The notes beneath the pieces are model-generated. The model did no database searches. It was not told the origin of the DNA and worked only from the letters and a program-made list of their open reading frames with translations. A program made the position numbers and the translations under genes. This document shows, in pieces, positions 1 to 12,995 of a stretch of 64,000 nucleotides of DNA (positions are counted from its first letter, which is position 1; the number at the start of each line of letters is the position of its first letter). The stretch is from Escherichia coli (lineage in GTDB: Bacteria; Pseudomonadota; Gammaproteobacteria; Enterobacterales; Enterobacteriaceae): the NCBI RefSeq assembly GCF_013122565.1, contig NZ_CP053258.1; one strand, written 5' to 3'.

Positions 1-825
1 TACGTCAAAGGGAAAGCGGAAAGTTGGCCTGGGCTGTCATTGTATGACAAATATAATACGTTAGCCTGGGAATTAATATCACACCTGTGGTTTTTACTGG
101 TGTTAGTGGTCATGACGACGCTGTGCGTATGGATATTTAAACGCATCAGAAATAATTTAGAAAATTCCGATAAAACGAATAAAAAATTCTCGATGGTAAA
201 ACTATCGGTGATTTTTTTGTGCCTCGGCATCGGTTATGCGGTAATAAGAAGAACGATTTTTATTGTGTATCCGCCCATTCTGAGTAATGGCATGTTCAAT
301 TTTATTGTCATGCAAACGCTATTTTATTTACCGTTCTTTATCCTCGGCGCACTGGCTTTCATTTTCCCTCATCTTAAAGCCTTGTTTACCACGCCGTCTC
401 GTGGCTGTACCCTCGCTGCAGCATTGGCGTTTGTCGCTTATTTACTCAACCAGCGCTATGGCAGTGGCGATGCCTGGATGTACGAAACCGAGTCGGTGAT
501 CACCATGGTCCTCGGTCTGTGGATGGTGAATGTGGTCTTCTCCTTTGGCCACCGTTTGCTTAACTTCCAGTCAGCGCGGGTGACTTACTTTGTTAACGCA
601 TCGCTGTTTATCTATCTGGTTCACCACCCGTTAACGCTGTTTTTCGGCGCGTACATTACACCGCACATCACCTCCAACTGGCTTGGTTTTCTCTGTGGCC
701 TGATATTCGTAGTAGGGATTGCGATAATTCTGTATGAAATTCATTTACGCATCCCGTTACTGAAGTTTTTGTTCTCTGGGAAACCGGTTGTTAAGCGTGA
801 GAACGATAAAGCACCAGCCCGTTAA
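1..825 (+). CDS. opgC: OpgC/MdoC-type membrane acyltransferase, 5' end outside window
   Basis: Frame 1 is open from base 1 with no stop before the ORF-track Met at 40. Very hydrophobic multi-TM sequence. Lies next to clsC-ymdB-ymdA-csg as in K-12. Confidence 0.75.
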
Positions 826-832
826 GCCACGC

Positions 833-2263
833 TTACAATAACCATTCCACGGGCAATATCGACGCCAGTCTGACCATAACCCGCTTCCAGAAACTGGTGG
901 CGGGTTCTTTTTTGAGAATAATCTCTTTCTTTGCATGACGATCAACCCAGTTGATCCGTCCCCACCTGTCCAGACGGAGCTGCCAGGCCGCATCATACTG
1001 GCTCTGAATAAAGCGTTTATCAATTAACTGTGCCAGCGTTTCGCTCTCTATCACGAAGCCCATTTCAGTATTGAGCAATGTTGAACGCGGATCGAAATTG
1101 AAAGAGCCGATAAACACCGTTTTACCATCGATGCTAAAGGTTTTAGCATGCAGGCTGGCACCGGAATTACCGGTTATGCCGCGATCGTGTAACGTACTAC
1201 TTTGTTCACGCGTCGGCTTGAGTTCATATAATTCCACGCCATAGCGGAGCAATTTTTTGCGCCAGCGCGCGTATCCGGCATGGACGACAGCAACATCGTT
1301 AGCGGCAAGAGAATTGGTTAGGATCGCAATCTTTACCCCTTTTCTCACCATCCGTAAGAGTTGCGCCACACCTGCGCGTGTCGGTACAAAATAGGAAGAG
1401 ATAATATCGATGCGTTCACTGGGTGAGCCCATGATATCGAACAGGCGCTGCGGTAACAGTGAATGCCGTTTTGCCTTGCCCTCCCCTTTCGCCGGATCAT
1501 CACTTAATAAACGTGTTTTCGCCCAGATAAGCGGCAACGTTCCATCAACCAGATGATTTATAAACGGACTGGATTCCATTTTGCGTAAATAACGATGCGT
1601 CATGGCATCGTTATGCCAGGAGGCGGGTAACTCGATGCGATCCGCCATTTCACCTTCCGGGACATCCAGCACCTGCTGTAAGGGTGAAACCGATTTGCAA
1701 TACCAGTAGCGGGCGAAATCATCGGCAACGTCCTCTACAACTGGTCCTATTGCCATGACATCTAAATCCGAAAAAAGTGGCTCTTCCCCTGCCCCAAAAT
1801 AGGCATCACCAATATTTCGTCCTCCCACCAGCGTCACCACACCATCGACAGTGAAACTTTTATTGTGCATACGGCGATTGAGACGGGAAAAGTCGGTGAT
1901 ATAACCAAGCGGACGCAGCAAGCGAAACGAGAAAGGATTAAAAAGCCGGACTTCAATGCGGGGATGACTGTCAAGCAAGCGTAAAATGTCGTCAAGTCCG
2001 GGCGTATTGTTGTCGTCCAGCAACAAACGGACGCGAACGCCACGCTTTGCTGCGGCTAACAGGGCGGAAAACAGTAACCGACCCGACATATCGTCCTGCC
2101 AGATGTAATACTGAACATCCAGCGTATGCTCTGCCATTTCGGCCAGACGATACCGGGCGGCAAACGCATCCAGACTTTTCTCCAGAGGAAAAAGGCCACA
2201 CTGACCGGGATGTTGCGAACACAGTGGCAGCACCGCGCTCGCCAGCCGGGGCAAATCATTCAT
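833..2263 (-). CDS. clsC: Cardiolipin synthase C (phospholipase D family)
   Basis: Two HKD motifs ([10 protein letters not shown]...GGRNIGD and [10 protein letters not shown]...GSFNFD). Start placed at the ATG at 2263, which overlaps the ymdB stop; the ORF-track start at 2323 lies inside ymdB. K-12 ymdB-clsC synteny. Confidence 0.85.
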   Translation of the reverse strand: MNDLPRLASAVLPLCSQHPGQCGLFPLEKSLDAFAARYRLAEMAEHTLDVQYYIWQDDMSGRLLFSALLAAAKRGVRVRLLLDDNNTPGLDDILRLLDSHPRIEVRLFNPFSFRLLRPLGYITDFSRLNRRMHNKSFTVDGVVTLVGGRNIGDAYFGAGEEPLFSDLDVMAIGPVVEDVADDFARYWYCKSVSPLQQVLDVPEGEMADRIELPASWHNDAMTHRYLRKMESSPFINHLVDGTLPLIWAKTRLLSDDPAKGEGKAKRHSLLPQRLFDIMGSPSERIDIISSYFVPTRAGVAQLLRMVRKGVKIAILTNSLAANDVAVVHAGYARWRKKLLRYGVELYELKPTREQSSTLHDRGITGNSGASLHAKTFSIDGKTVFIGSFNFDPRSTLLNTEMGFVIESETLAQLIDKRFIQSQYDAAWQLRLDRWGRINWVDRHAKKEIILKKEPATSFWKRVMVRLASILPVEWLL

Positions 2264-2789
2264 CTCCTTGTTGGGTAAGGAGTCTTTCGTATAGGTGGGC
2301 GTTTTCTTCATCATAACAGACAAAGTATACCTGTTCGGGTAAAGCGTGACGGGTAATAAATTCTGAAACGGTTTTTACTGCGATTTCAGCCGCTGCCGCA
2401 CGAGGGTAACCATAAACCCCAGTACTGATTGCAGGAAAAGCCACTGACGTATAGCTGTTTGCCGCCACCAGTCGTAGGCTATTGAGATAGGCATCCTGCA
2501 AAAGCTGGTCTTCGTTTTGTTCACCACCACGCCAGACTGGCCCGACGGTGTGCACTACGGCTTTAGCGGGAAGATCGCCTGCAAGCGTAATAACGGCATG
2601 CCCCGTAGGGCAATCGCCCTGTTGTTGCCTGACTTTTAAACATGCATCAAGCAGGGCCGGACCCGCTGCGCGATGAATGGCCCCATCGACGCCGCCGCCT
2701 CCCATTAATGACGGATTAGCCGCATTCACAATCACATCAACGGCCAGTTTGGTAATATCACCCTGCACAACATGAATACGCGTTTTCAT
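2256..2789 (-). CDS. ymdB: Macrodomain O-acetyl-ADP-ribose deacetylase
   Basis: 177 aa macrodomain with [14 protein letters not shown]. Same length and position as K-12 YmdB. Confidence 0.9.
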
Positions 2790-2883
2790 AACGCCTCCTT
2801 ACACCTTCTTGTTTCTTAAGTGTACAGCAGGCTTTTTGGTTAAATCGCATTTTTCTGCTCAGCAACGTGAGTTGTTCAGAAAC

Positions 2884-3226
<343 letters not shown>

Positions 3227-3244
3227 TGAGGGTTGTGTTATCCC

Positions 3245-3648
<404 letters not shown>

Positions 3649-3658
3649 ATTCTTCTCC

Positions 3659-3688
3659 CGAAAAAAAACAGGGCTTACGCCCTGTTTC
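3659..3688 (-). terminator. Hairpin plus U-run downstream of csgA
   Basis: Minus strand reads aacagggc-gtaa-gccctgtt followed by tttttttt, about 20 nt after the csgA stop. Confidence 0.6.
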
Positions 3689-3706
3689 TGTAATACAAAT
3701 GATGTA

Positions 3707-4162
3707 TTAGTACTGATGAGCGGTCGCGTTGTTACCAAAGCCAACCTGAGTCACGTTGACGGAGGAGTTAGATGCAGTCTGGTCAACTGCAGCACCGTTG
3801 CCACCACCGAACTGTTTAACCGTCATTTCAGAATTTTTGCCGTTCCACTGATCAAGAGTAGCGCTGTTACCGAAGCCACGTTGGGTCAGATCGATTGAGC
3901 TGTCATCCGAGCCCTGACCAACATCTGCACCATTACCGCCGCCATGCTGGGTAATAGTCAAGTCAGAGTTACGGGCATCAGTTTGCAGAGCAAGTGCAGA
4001 GTTACCGCCACCGTACTGGTAAATGTTCAGCTCAGAATTTGGGCCGCTATTATTACCGCCACCACCGTGGTTACCGCCGCCGCCGTACTGAGGAACAACA
4101 CCTGCCAGAGCGCTACCGGAGAATACGATTGCTGCAATTGCTGCTACTTTTAAAAGTTTCAT
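3707..4162 (-). CDS. csgA: Major curlin subunit CsgA
   Basis: 151 aa, signal peptide, five imperfect S-x5-Q-x-G-x-G-N-x-A repeats. Matches recalled K-12 CsgA. Confidence 0.97.
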   Translation of the reverse strand: MKLLKVAAIAAIVFSGSALAGVVPQYGGGGNHGGGGNNSGPNSELNIYQYGGGNSALALQTDARNSDLTITQHGGGNGADVGQGSDDSSIDLTQRGFGNSATLDQWNGKNSEMTVKQFGGGNGAAVDQTASNSSVNVTQVGFGNNATAHQY

Positions 4163-4202
4163 GTAAAACCCCCATCGGATTGATTTAAAAGTCGAATGGA
4201 AA

Positions 4203-4658
4203 TTAACGTTGTGTCACGCGAATAGCCATTTGCGACTGTCTCTGCACTACAATTGCCGTTTTTTGAGTACCATACTGTGTAATATTTGCTTTATTACCAG
4301 AACCTTTCTGGATAATCATCGCAGTATTACCATAAGCACCTTGCGAAATACTGGCATCGTTGGCACTGCCCGCCTGATCAATATATGCAAGGTTATAATC
4401 TCCTGTCTGGTCAATCTTTGCCCGGTTGCTACTACCTTCTTGCGCAACAACCGCCAAAAGTTTTGAGCCTCCCTGCCGTAACTGAGCACTATTATTAGTC
4501 CCAGCTTGACCAATTATGGCTGCCTGATTAAATGAAGACTTACTCAATTCATTTACCGCGAAGTTATATTCTGAATTAGCTAAATCATAACCTGCTGCGG
4601 CTGCAATCCCAGGCGCACCCAGTATTGTTAACATCATAAATAACAATTTGTTTTTCAT
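4203..4658 (-). CDS. csgB: Minor curlin/nucleator CsgB
   Basis: Start at MKNKLLFMMLTILG gives the 151-aa K-12 CsgB. Curlin repeats are present. Confidence 0.95.
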   Translation of the reverse strand: MKNKLLFMMLTILGAPGIAAAAGYDLANSEYNFAVNELSKSSFNQAAIIGQAGTNNSAQLRQGGSKLLAVVAQEGSSNRAKIDQTGDYNLAYIDQAGSANDASISQGAYGNTAMIIQKGSGNKANITQYGTQKTAIVVQRQSQMAIRVTQR

Positions 4659-5410
4659 GTTGTCACCCTGGACCTGGTCGTACATTTAAGAAATTAAATC
4701 ATTTCAACTTGGTTGTTAACGCAACCTGTATTTTGTTAACGCTGCGTTACGATGGAAAGTATGTCTGCGGAAATATTTTTAATAACTCACCCGCGCGTTG
4801 TATTTTTCTTTTTTTGTTCATACCAAAGTATTAAAAGCCACGTAAATACGCTGTTATCTACGCAAAAAATATTTTGTTTTCTTTTAAATCTCCGTTTCCG
4901 CTATCAAAAATCACCAGACAGTCATTCTTCTTGCCCGTCGCTGATTGCTGCGATATGTCTTGCGCACAAGCCGTGACAAACCTCGTCTTTTTGCAGTAAA
5001 AAATTGTCCACGGAGGTGTGGAGAAAAAACAACAACTTTTTACATGACGAAAGGACTACACCGAAATATTTTTTATATGCATTATTAGTAAGTTATCACC
5101 ATTTGTATGATTTTTTAAAATTGTGCAATAAAAACCAAATGTACAACTTTTCTATCATTTCTAAACTTAATAAAACCTTAAGGTTAACATTTTAATATAA
5201 CGAGTTACATTTAGTTACATGTTTAACACTTGATTTAAGATTTGTAATGGCTAGATTGAAATCAGATGTAATCCATTAGTTTTATATTTTACCCATTTAG
5301 GGCTGATTTATTACTACACACAGCAGTGCAACATCTGTCAGTACTTCTGGTGCTTCTATTTTAGAGGCAGCTGTCAGGTGTGCGATCAATAAAAAAAGCG
5401 GGGTTTCATC
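4659..5410. promoter_or_regulatory. Divergent csgB / csgD intergenic regulatory region
   Basis: ~750 bp AT-rich spacer between the divergent csgBAC and csgDEFG operons. From established knowledge this is a multi-regulator hub (OmpR, CpxR, IHF, H-NS, MlrA, RpoS). Confidence 0.85.
5204..5229 (+). promoter_or_regulatory. Probable OmpR-binding box of the csgD promoter
   Basis: Tandem GTTACAT repeats (gttacatttagttacatgtttaacac) about 180 bp upstream of the csgD ATG. Matches my recollection of the csgD OmpR site. Confidence 0.5.
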
Positions 5411-6061
<651 letters not shown>

Positions 6062-6065
6062 AGCC

Positions 6066-6455
6066 ATGAAACGTTATTTACGCTGGATTGTGGCGGCAGA
6101 ATTTCTGTTCGCCGCAGGGAATCTTCACGCCGTTGAGGTAGAAGTCCCGGGATTGCTAACTGACCATACTGTTTCATCTATTGGCCATGATTTTTACCGA
6201 GCCTTTAGTGATAAATGGGAAAGTGACTATACGGGTAACTTAACGATTAATGAAAGGCCCAGTGCACGATGGGGAAGTTGGATCACTATAACGGTCAATC
6301 AGGACGTTATTTTCCAGACTTTTTTATTTCCGTTGAAAAGAGACTTCGAGAAAACTGTCGTCTTTGCACTGATTCAAACTGAAGAAGCACTAAATCGTCG
6401 CCAGATAAATCAGGCGTTATTAAGTACGGGCGATTTGGCGCATGATGAATTCTAA
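6066..6455 (+). CDS. csgE: Curli secretion specificity factor CsgE
   Basis: 129 aa with signal peptide. Second gene of csgDEFG. Confidence 0.95.
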
Positions 6456-6479
6456 ATAAAAAATTGTTCGGAGGCTGCA

Positions 6480-6896
6480 ATGCGTGTCAAACATGCAGTA
6501 GTTCTACTCATGCTTATTTCGCCATTAAGTTGGGCTGGAACCATGACTTTCCAGTTCCGTAATCCAAACTTTGGTGGTAACCCAAATAATGGCGCTTTTT
6601 TATTAAATAGCGCTCAGGCCCAAAACTCTTATAAAGATCCGAGCTATAACGATGACTTTGGTATTGCAACACCCTCAGCGTTAGATAACTTTACTCAGGC
6701 CATCCAGTCACAAATTTTAGGTGGGCTACTGTCGAATATTAATACCGGCAAACCGGGCCGCATGGTGACCAACGATTATATCGTTGATATTGCTAACCGC
6801 GATGGTCAATTGCAGTTGAACGTGACAGATCGTAAAACCGGACAAACCTCGACTATCCAGGTTTCGGGTTTACAAAATAACTCAACCGATTTTTAA
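6480..6896 (+). CDS. csgF: Curli nucleation/assembly factor CsgF
   Basis: 138 aa with signal peptide. Third gene of csgDEFG. Confidence 0.95.
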   Translation: MRVKHAVVLLMLISPLSWAGTMTFQFRNPNFGGNPNNGAFLLNSAQAQNSYKDPSYNDDFGIATPSALDNFTQAIQSQILGGLLSNINTGKPGRMVTNDYIVDIANRDGQLQLNVTDRKTGQTSTIQVSGLQNNSTDF

Positions 6897-6922
6897 GCCC
6901 CAGCTTCATAAGGAAAATAATC

Positions 6923-7756
6923 ATGCAGCGCTTATTTCTTTTGGTTGCCGTCATGTTACTGAGCGGATGCTTAACCGCCCCGCCTAAAGAAGCCGCCAGA
7001 CCGACATTAATGCCTCGTGCTCAGAGCTACAAAGATTTGACCCATCTGCCAGCGCCGACGGGTAAGATCTTTGTTTCGGTATACAACATTCAGGACGAAA
7101 CCGGGCAATTTAAACCCTACCCGGCAAGTAACTTCTCCACTGCTGTTCCGCAAAGCGCCACGGCAATGCTGGTCACGGCATTGAAAGATTCTCGCTGGTT
7201 TATACCGCTGGAGCGCCAGGGCTTACAAAACCTGCTTAACGAGCGCAAGATTATTCGTGCGGCACAAGAAAACGGCACGGTTGCCATTAATAACCGAATC
7301 CCGCTGCAATCTTTAACGGCGGCAAATATCATGGTTGAAGGTTCGATTATCGGTTATGAAAGCAACGTCAAATCTGGCGGGGTTGGGGCAAGATATTTTG
7401 GGATCGGTGCCGACACGCAATACCAGCTCGATCAGATTGCCGTGAACCTGCGCGTCGTCAATGTGAGTACCGGTGAGATCCTCTCCTCGGTGAACACCAG
7501 TAAGACGATACTTTCCTATGAAGTTCAGGCCGGGGTTTTCCGCTTTATTGACTACCAGCGCTTGCTGGAAGGGGAAGTGGGTTACACCTCGAACGAACCC
7601 GTTATGCTGTGCCTGATGTCGGCTATCGAAACAGGGGTCATTTTCCTGATTAATGATGGTATCGACCGTGGTCTGTGGGATTTGCAGAACAAAGCAGAAC
7701 GGCAGAATGACATTCTGGTTAAATACCGCCATATGTCGGTTCCACCAGAATCCTGA
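6923..7756 (+). CDS. csgG: Curli outer-membrane secretion channel lipoprotein CsgG
   Basis: 277 aa with a lipobox (LLSGC). Fourth gene of csgDEFG. Confidence 0.97.
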   Translation: MQRLFLLVAVMLLSGCLTAPPKEAARPTLMPRAQSYKDLTHLPAPTGKIFVSVYNIQDETGQFKPYPASNFSTAVPQSATAMLVTALKDSRWFIPLERQGLQNLLNERKIIRAAQENGTVAINNRIPLQSLTAANIMVEGSIIGYESNVKSGGVGARYFGIGADTQYQLDQIAVNLRVVNVSTGEILSSVNTSKTILSYEVQAGVFRFIDYQRLLEGEVGYTSNEPVMLCLMSAIETGVIFLINDGIDRGLWDLQNKAERQNDILVKYRHMSVPPES

Positions 7757-7762
7757 CAGATA

Positions 7763-7792
7763 AAAATGCCGGAATTAATAATCCGGCATTTT
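7763..7792. terminator. Bidirectional hairpin terminator between csgG and ycdZ
   Basis: aaaatgccgga-attaataa-tccggcatttt, with A/T runs on both sides, between convergent genes. Confidence 0.7.
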
Positions 7793-7820
7793 ACTGTTTA
7801 AGCGAAAGCGTGAGTGCCCC

Positions 7821-8312
7821 TCACGCTTTATTTTTGATTTCCTGCTCACGGTGAGCCGTCTTTGCACTACGCGCCGCCAGCCACAGGCCGCTGTTTTTCA
7901 TTGCGTAACCAAATACCAGCCCAAGCGCCAGCGAAGGTAACACCAGTTTCCAGTCACCCTGCCCGGCAAACGTCGCGCATGCGCCTATAAACGTCCCCGG
8001 AACAAATGAAAGCAGCAGCTGTTTGGCCTGAATACACATCAGAAACGCGACAATACCGGTTATGACATAACCGAGAATTTCCAGATGTGGTGCCAGTGCA
8101 CTACCGTAAATAATGACCATCGCCCACACCACGCCACTAAGCAGGGTTGCAGCGGAGATCGCCAGCCCTTTCAGCCCACCTTGCGGGCAGGCAAAGTAGG
8201 CCGTACAGCCCAGGAAGCCCGCCCAGCTTAGTAAGCCCAGGGAAACAGCCACCCATCCCCAGATACCGGAGAGAATGCCTGTTGTGATTGCAATAGAGAG
8301 AAGTATGTTCAT
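7821..8312 (-). CDS. ycdZ: Inner-membrane protein YcdZ (DUF1097-like)
   Basis: The internal Met (MNILLSIAITTG...) gives the 163-aa K-12 length. Multi-TM protein. Confidence 0.85.
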   Translation of the reverse strand: MNILLSIAITTGILSGIWGWVAVSLGLLSWAGFLGCTAYFACPQGGLKGLAISAATLLSGVVWAMVIIYGSALAPHLEILGYVITGIVAFLMCIQAKQLLLSFVPGTFIGACATFAGQGDWKLVLPSLALGLVFGYAMKNSGLWLAARSAKTAHREQEIKNKA

Positions 8313-8413
8313 GCCGCGCATGATAGCAGAAAACGCGGCCATGAATGAGATCGAGCACACATTTTATGCAACAACAAATTATCCGTTGCAGTCATGAGTG
8401 ACGAAGATCACAT

Positions 8414-8968
8414 TTACTCTTCAGAATCCTCTTCCAGCTCGTCCCACATTGCACTAATGGCATCGCGGGTTAGCGGTGCCATGGTGCGCCAGAAAGGCGT
8501 GGTTGCATGGGCCTCCACTTTGCCAAGGAACGCGCCACACCAGGGTAACAGATACTCACTGAACAGTGTTTCCAGTGCTTCGCTCTCATCTTCCGTTGAC
8601 TGATCTTCCAGCCAGGAAGCCGCAAGCAGCAATGTGCCGATGTGATCGGCTGGCGTATCTGCTAATGGCATCCCTCGTTCAGAAAGAAAAGCGCGCACTT
8701 CCGCTTCCGTTGCGTCCTCAACCCATGCGCTACGATATGGCGGCACGGCACATTCATCGCCGATAAACAACGCATTGTAATCGGCAGAGACTTGCGCCAT
8801 ATCACAGCTTTTCTGTAAACGTGTCAGTAACTCATCCTGCTCCAGTGGCCAGTTCGCAGCCAGTTTCCCCTCACGAATCAGGGTAAACAACGGCACCAGT
8901 AAAGGATCTTGCGGTTGGCGGTAATAGAGCGAACCCAGCACACGACAGAGGATAGAAAACTCGTTCAT
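8414..8968 (-). CDS. ycdY: TorD-family redox-enzyme maturation chaperone YcdY
   Basis: 184 aa, in the K-12 position and operon with ycdX. Confidence 0.85.
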   Translation of the reverse strand: MNEFSILCRVLGSLYYRQPQDPLLVPLFTLIREGKLAANWPLEQDELLTRLQKSCDMAQVSADYNALFIGDECAVPPYRSAWVEDATEAEVRAFLSERGMPLADTPADHIGTLLLAASWLEDQSTEDESEALETLFSEYLLPWCGAFLGKVEAHATTPFWRTMAPLTRDAISAMWDELEEDSEE

Positions 8969-8991
8969 TAATATATTTCCATTACTAGTAA

Positions 8992-9729
8992 TTAAAGGTC
9001 TGCAAATTCCGCAATCGGTGCCATACCGCGAGATTCAAGGAAGTTCAGTAAGCGGCGCGGAGAAACATTCAAAATGCGCTCTGGCGGAAAATCTACCGCG
9101 TCGAGGATTTTAAGACACTCTTCAAATTCCCCCATGGTAAACGCGGTGTGAGAATCCGAGCCTAATGCCACCCAACCTCCAGCATCACGTACCGCTGCGG
9201 CTACCGCACGACAGTTGTCTTCACTGCCCTTACGTGAGTGTAAAAATGAGGAATTATTGATTTCCAGCGCCACCTGATGTTTCGCGGCTGCTTCAGCAAC
9301 GGCTTTAACATCTATTTCATATTTCGGATTTCCGGGATGGCTTATTATATGCACATTGCCGCTGGCGATAGTGGCGATCATCGCTTGTGTATTGGTCGCT
9401 TTATCATGTGGCGCAAAAACCGGCTCATGAAAACCGGCAATAATCAGATCCAGCGAGTCAAACATTTTACCGCTGCAATCAATTTCACCATCAACATTTT
9501 TAATGTTAGCTTCGATACCGCGCAGGATCCCTACCCCATCAACCACTCGCGGCCAGATACGCATGTTAATGAAGTGCCAGTGATGCGGCGCATCTTCCAT
9601 ATCCGGGCCATGATCGGTGATCGCAAAAAGTTTAATGCCCTTTTGTTTGGCCTGGGCAATGTAATCACTCAATGTGCTATATGCATGTGTGCTGGCAACG
9701 GTATGCATATGAAGGTCGACGGGATACAT
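8992..9729 (-). CDS. ycdX: PHP-family zinc phosphoesterase YcdX
   Basis: 245 aa with the N-terminal DLHMHT PHP motif. K-12 position. Confidence 0.9.
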
Positions 9730-9783
9730 AACTCTCTCCTGTATTCAATTCCCGCCAAGGATAGCAGGAATCCTGATGCTTTA

Positions 9784-10761
<978 letters not shown>

Positions 10762-10955
10762 TTATCGTTATCATCTACAAAGACCACCAGCATAACAAAT
10801 CCGTGGTCGGTGGCAAAAAAAGCAGATTTCGCTTATTAAAACTGCATATTGATTGAAGTTTGAATAAACGCGCGATTTTTTAAAAAAGTTTGTTGACCTC
10901 AGGTCATGATTTCCCTAAATTAGCGCCCGTTCCAGCAAGACAGGAACGACAATTT

Positions 10956-11043
10956 GGTGAGGTGTCCGAGTGGCTGAAGGAGCACGCCTGGAAAGTGTGT
11001 ATACGGCAACGTATCGGGGGTTCGAATCCCCCCCTCACCGCCA
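10956..11043 (+). tRNA. serX: tRNA-Ser (anticodon GGA)
   Basis: 88 nt: GGTGAGGTG acceptor, long variable arm, anticodon loop cCTGGAAAg, T-arm GGTTCGAATCC, terminal CCA. K-12 position beside ghrA. Confidence 0.95.
11030..11043 (+). repeat. attL core: 14-bp direct repeat (ccccctcaccgcca) forming the 3' end of serX
   Basis: An identical 14-mer recurs at 42413-42426 on the same strand. Confidence 0.8.
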
Positions 11044-11049
11044 GATTAC

Positions 11050-11084
11050 AAGCGCATGTTATTGTTTAACATGCGCTTTTTTAT
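11050..11084 (+). terminator. Island-borne hairpin terminator directly after serX
   Basis: aagcgcatgtta-ttgtt-taacatgcgctt followed by a T-run. Confidence 0.7.
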
Positions 11085-11099
11085 TTATCCTTCCAGACA

Positions 11100-11119
11100 G
11101 TATGCCACCGGGTATGCCA
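11100..11119 (+). repeat. Tandem GTATGCCA boxes near attL
   Basis: gtatgcca at 11100-11107 and 11112-11119. The same motif is paired near the other island end (42274-42294). Confidence 0.45.
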
Positions 11120-11192
11120 TCTGAAACCGGTTTATATGCCCCACGATCATATCTTATCGGACAATTTCCGATCTTTGAGCATACTGGCAAAG

Positions 11193-12038
11193 CTATACTG
11201 CCAGCATGTCAGGATAGTGTTTTGCGATAATATCATTCAGTCTGTCAACCAGTTCTGGCTTCCTGAACGTGATGTGCGCAGAGCCCTTCTTAAAGTATTT
11301 AATAATGAACATCTCATCTTCATAGCATTCTTTTCCCTGAAGAGACCGGATGTGATCGTCCAGATGAATAGTTATGTTTTCCCTGTTGTCGGGGATCGGT
11401 TTGCCGCTGAACAGATGCAGCATTCTTTCCAGGTCGGCAAGTCTATCTGCCTGTTGCCCGGTGATAAGATGCAATCCCCACCGGTCCCACCTCACCAGAT
11501 TGTTGACGATAATTTTATTGCCAAATTTACAGGGGCAATTGGTTTTGTAATTCCAGCTCAACCCTCTGAAGAGGTTGATCACTCCTCGCTCAAACACTTC
11601 ATCCTTATTCTGGTGTAGCTGCTCAAACGTACTCAGAATATTCTCTTCACTGATTTCCGGAAAATTATCGTACTCCAGTGATCGGTACCATGTATCACGG
11701 GCCTGTGCATCCATTAAGGAAAGCATCCCGGAGCATTGCATCAGGTCACGCCAGATTTCGCGATCGAGATTGCGGGTGATAGCTTTCATTGCTGTATCAG
11801 GTTTATCCATGAGCCAGCAGCCGCAGCGAAAATCCTGTTTCATGGCCCAGTCCAGTGCGGTTTTACCGCCAATACTTTCTGTCATTGCTGATATTTCAGT
11901 CAGTTGCCGGATAAGTGTGTCGATTTGCAGCAGTGTAGTCTTTCGCACAGCCAGAATGTGGCTGACTGAGGTGGAGCAGATAATGTCCGTATGTCCGTTG
12001 ACCACTTCCAGGCGGGAGATTGTGATATCTGACATCAT
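11193..12038 (-). CDS. Conserved island-end protein (DUF4942-like, from recall)
   Basis: 281-aa ORF, last gene before attL, downstream of the yeeW-like gene as in other CP4-type islands. No catalytic motif recognised. Confidence 0.55.
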   Translation of the reverse strand: MMSDITISRLEVVNGHTDIICSTSVSHILAVRKTTLLQIDTLIRQLTEISAMTESIGGKTALDWAMKQDFRCGCWLMDKPDTAMKAITRNLDREIWRDLMQCSGMLSLMDAQARDTWYRSLEYDNFPEISEENILSTFEQLHQNKDEVFERGVINLFRGLSWNYKTNCPCKFGNKIIVNNLVRWDRWGLHLITGQQADRLADLERMLHLFSGKPIPDNRENITIHLDDHIRSLQGKECYEDEMFIIKYFKKGSAHITFRKPELVDRLNDIIAKHYPDMLAV

Positions 12039-12079
12039 CGTTTTTCCTTTTGGTTTATAAACGAAAACGCCAGCCCTGT

Positions 12080-12535
12080 TCAGGCTGACGTCATTGGAAT
12101 GAGACTGACGCCATAACGTCGGATGAGTGTGACAACCAGACGGCGGAACGTTTTTGACAGGCCCAGGCGTTTAAGCCGCAGAACCGGGTATGACCACGCA
12201 TCGGTACGTAACAGATATCCGCTGCCTGTAAAATGAATCCATTCTGATTCGCCGGTGTCATTCGTCTGATGCGACAGCGAGTACAGCCAGGCGTTGTCTT
12301 TTGCCGTGATATGCGCGGTACTGCAGCGTATGCCGGTCAGGGCAGCAAATGGTGGCGTGCAGTCTGTTGAGGCTCGGTCAGATTCATCAACAACACGAAG
12401 GGAGTGACCGTTATCGCAGACCACGTTAATCAGTTCAGCAAGCTCAATACCATCGACGTCAACGACAATGCGCCCCATGTTCAGTGCCTGTACGTTAACG
12501 CTGTCGGCTTCCAGCGTCAGGGCCAGTTTCATCAT
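12080..12535 (-). CDS. YeeW-like protein
   Basis: 151 aa. Its start overlaps the cbtA-family stop by 4 nt, the position of yeeW in CP4-44. Confidence 0.6.
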   Translation of the reverse strand: MMKLALTLEADSVNVQALNMGRIVVDVDGIELAELINVVCDNGHSLRVVDESDRASTDCTPPFAALTGIRCSTAHITAKDNAWLYSLSHQTNDTGESEWIHFTGSGYLLRTDAWSYPVLRLKRLGLSKTFRRLVVTLIRRYGVSLIPMTSA

Positions 12536-12906
12536 TTCGCCTGCGGATGCTTACCCAGGGTTATGTTATTTACCGTTCTGTAATTGTCGCGGGTCATCAG
12601 GCCGGTCGCCCTGCGAGCCCGGAGGATATCGATGCTGTTTATTAACTGAGAGCGGGTACAGGCGCTGAATCCCGGCTGGTCGGTACGCACCAGCGCGTAT
12701 TTTTCCACGAGAAAGTTCACCGCAACACACAGTGAAATACCTGCCTCAATATGCTGCTCAATCACACGTTCATCAGCGAACGGTGTGTCATTCAGCGTGA
12801 GGCCGTAGTGCTGGTCCAGCAGACGGCCAAGCAGTATCTGCCAGATGGTGACGGGAGACGGGCAGCGCGATGCCTCCCGTACGTATGTATCGGGTAATGT
12901 TTTCAT
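12532..12906 (-). CDS. CbtA/YeeV-family type IV toxin (cytoskeleton inhibitor)
   Basis: 124 aa. MKTLPDTYVREASRCPSPVTIWQ...LVEKYALVRTDQPGFSA closely matches recalled YeeV/YkfI/YpjF. Confidence 0.9.
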   Translation of the reverse strand: MKTLPDTYVREASRCPSPVTIWQILLGRLLDQHYGLTLNDTPFADERVIEQHIEAGISLCVAVNFLVEKYALVRTDQPGFSACTRSQLINSIDILRARRATGLMTRDNYRTVNNITLGKHPQAK

Positions 12907-12995
12907 ACTAAAGTTTTTCCTGATATGCAGAGATGAGAAATGGGGAAGTGGCGTGGTGAAAACACCAGGCCGGAGCAGAAGGTTATTCTGATGAT

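Noticed and set aside
3707-4658. Internal repeats in csgA/csgB and the many antisense ORFs across them
   Set aside because: The repeats are the well-known curlin R1-R5 amyloid repeats. The antisense ORFs are by-products of the repetitive Gly/Asn/Gln codons.
10970-11230. 86-aa ORF starting inside serX
   Set aside because: It overlaps the tRNA and its terminator, and the translation is implausible.
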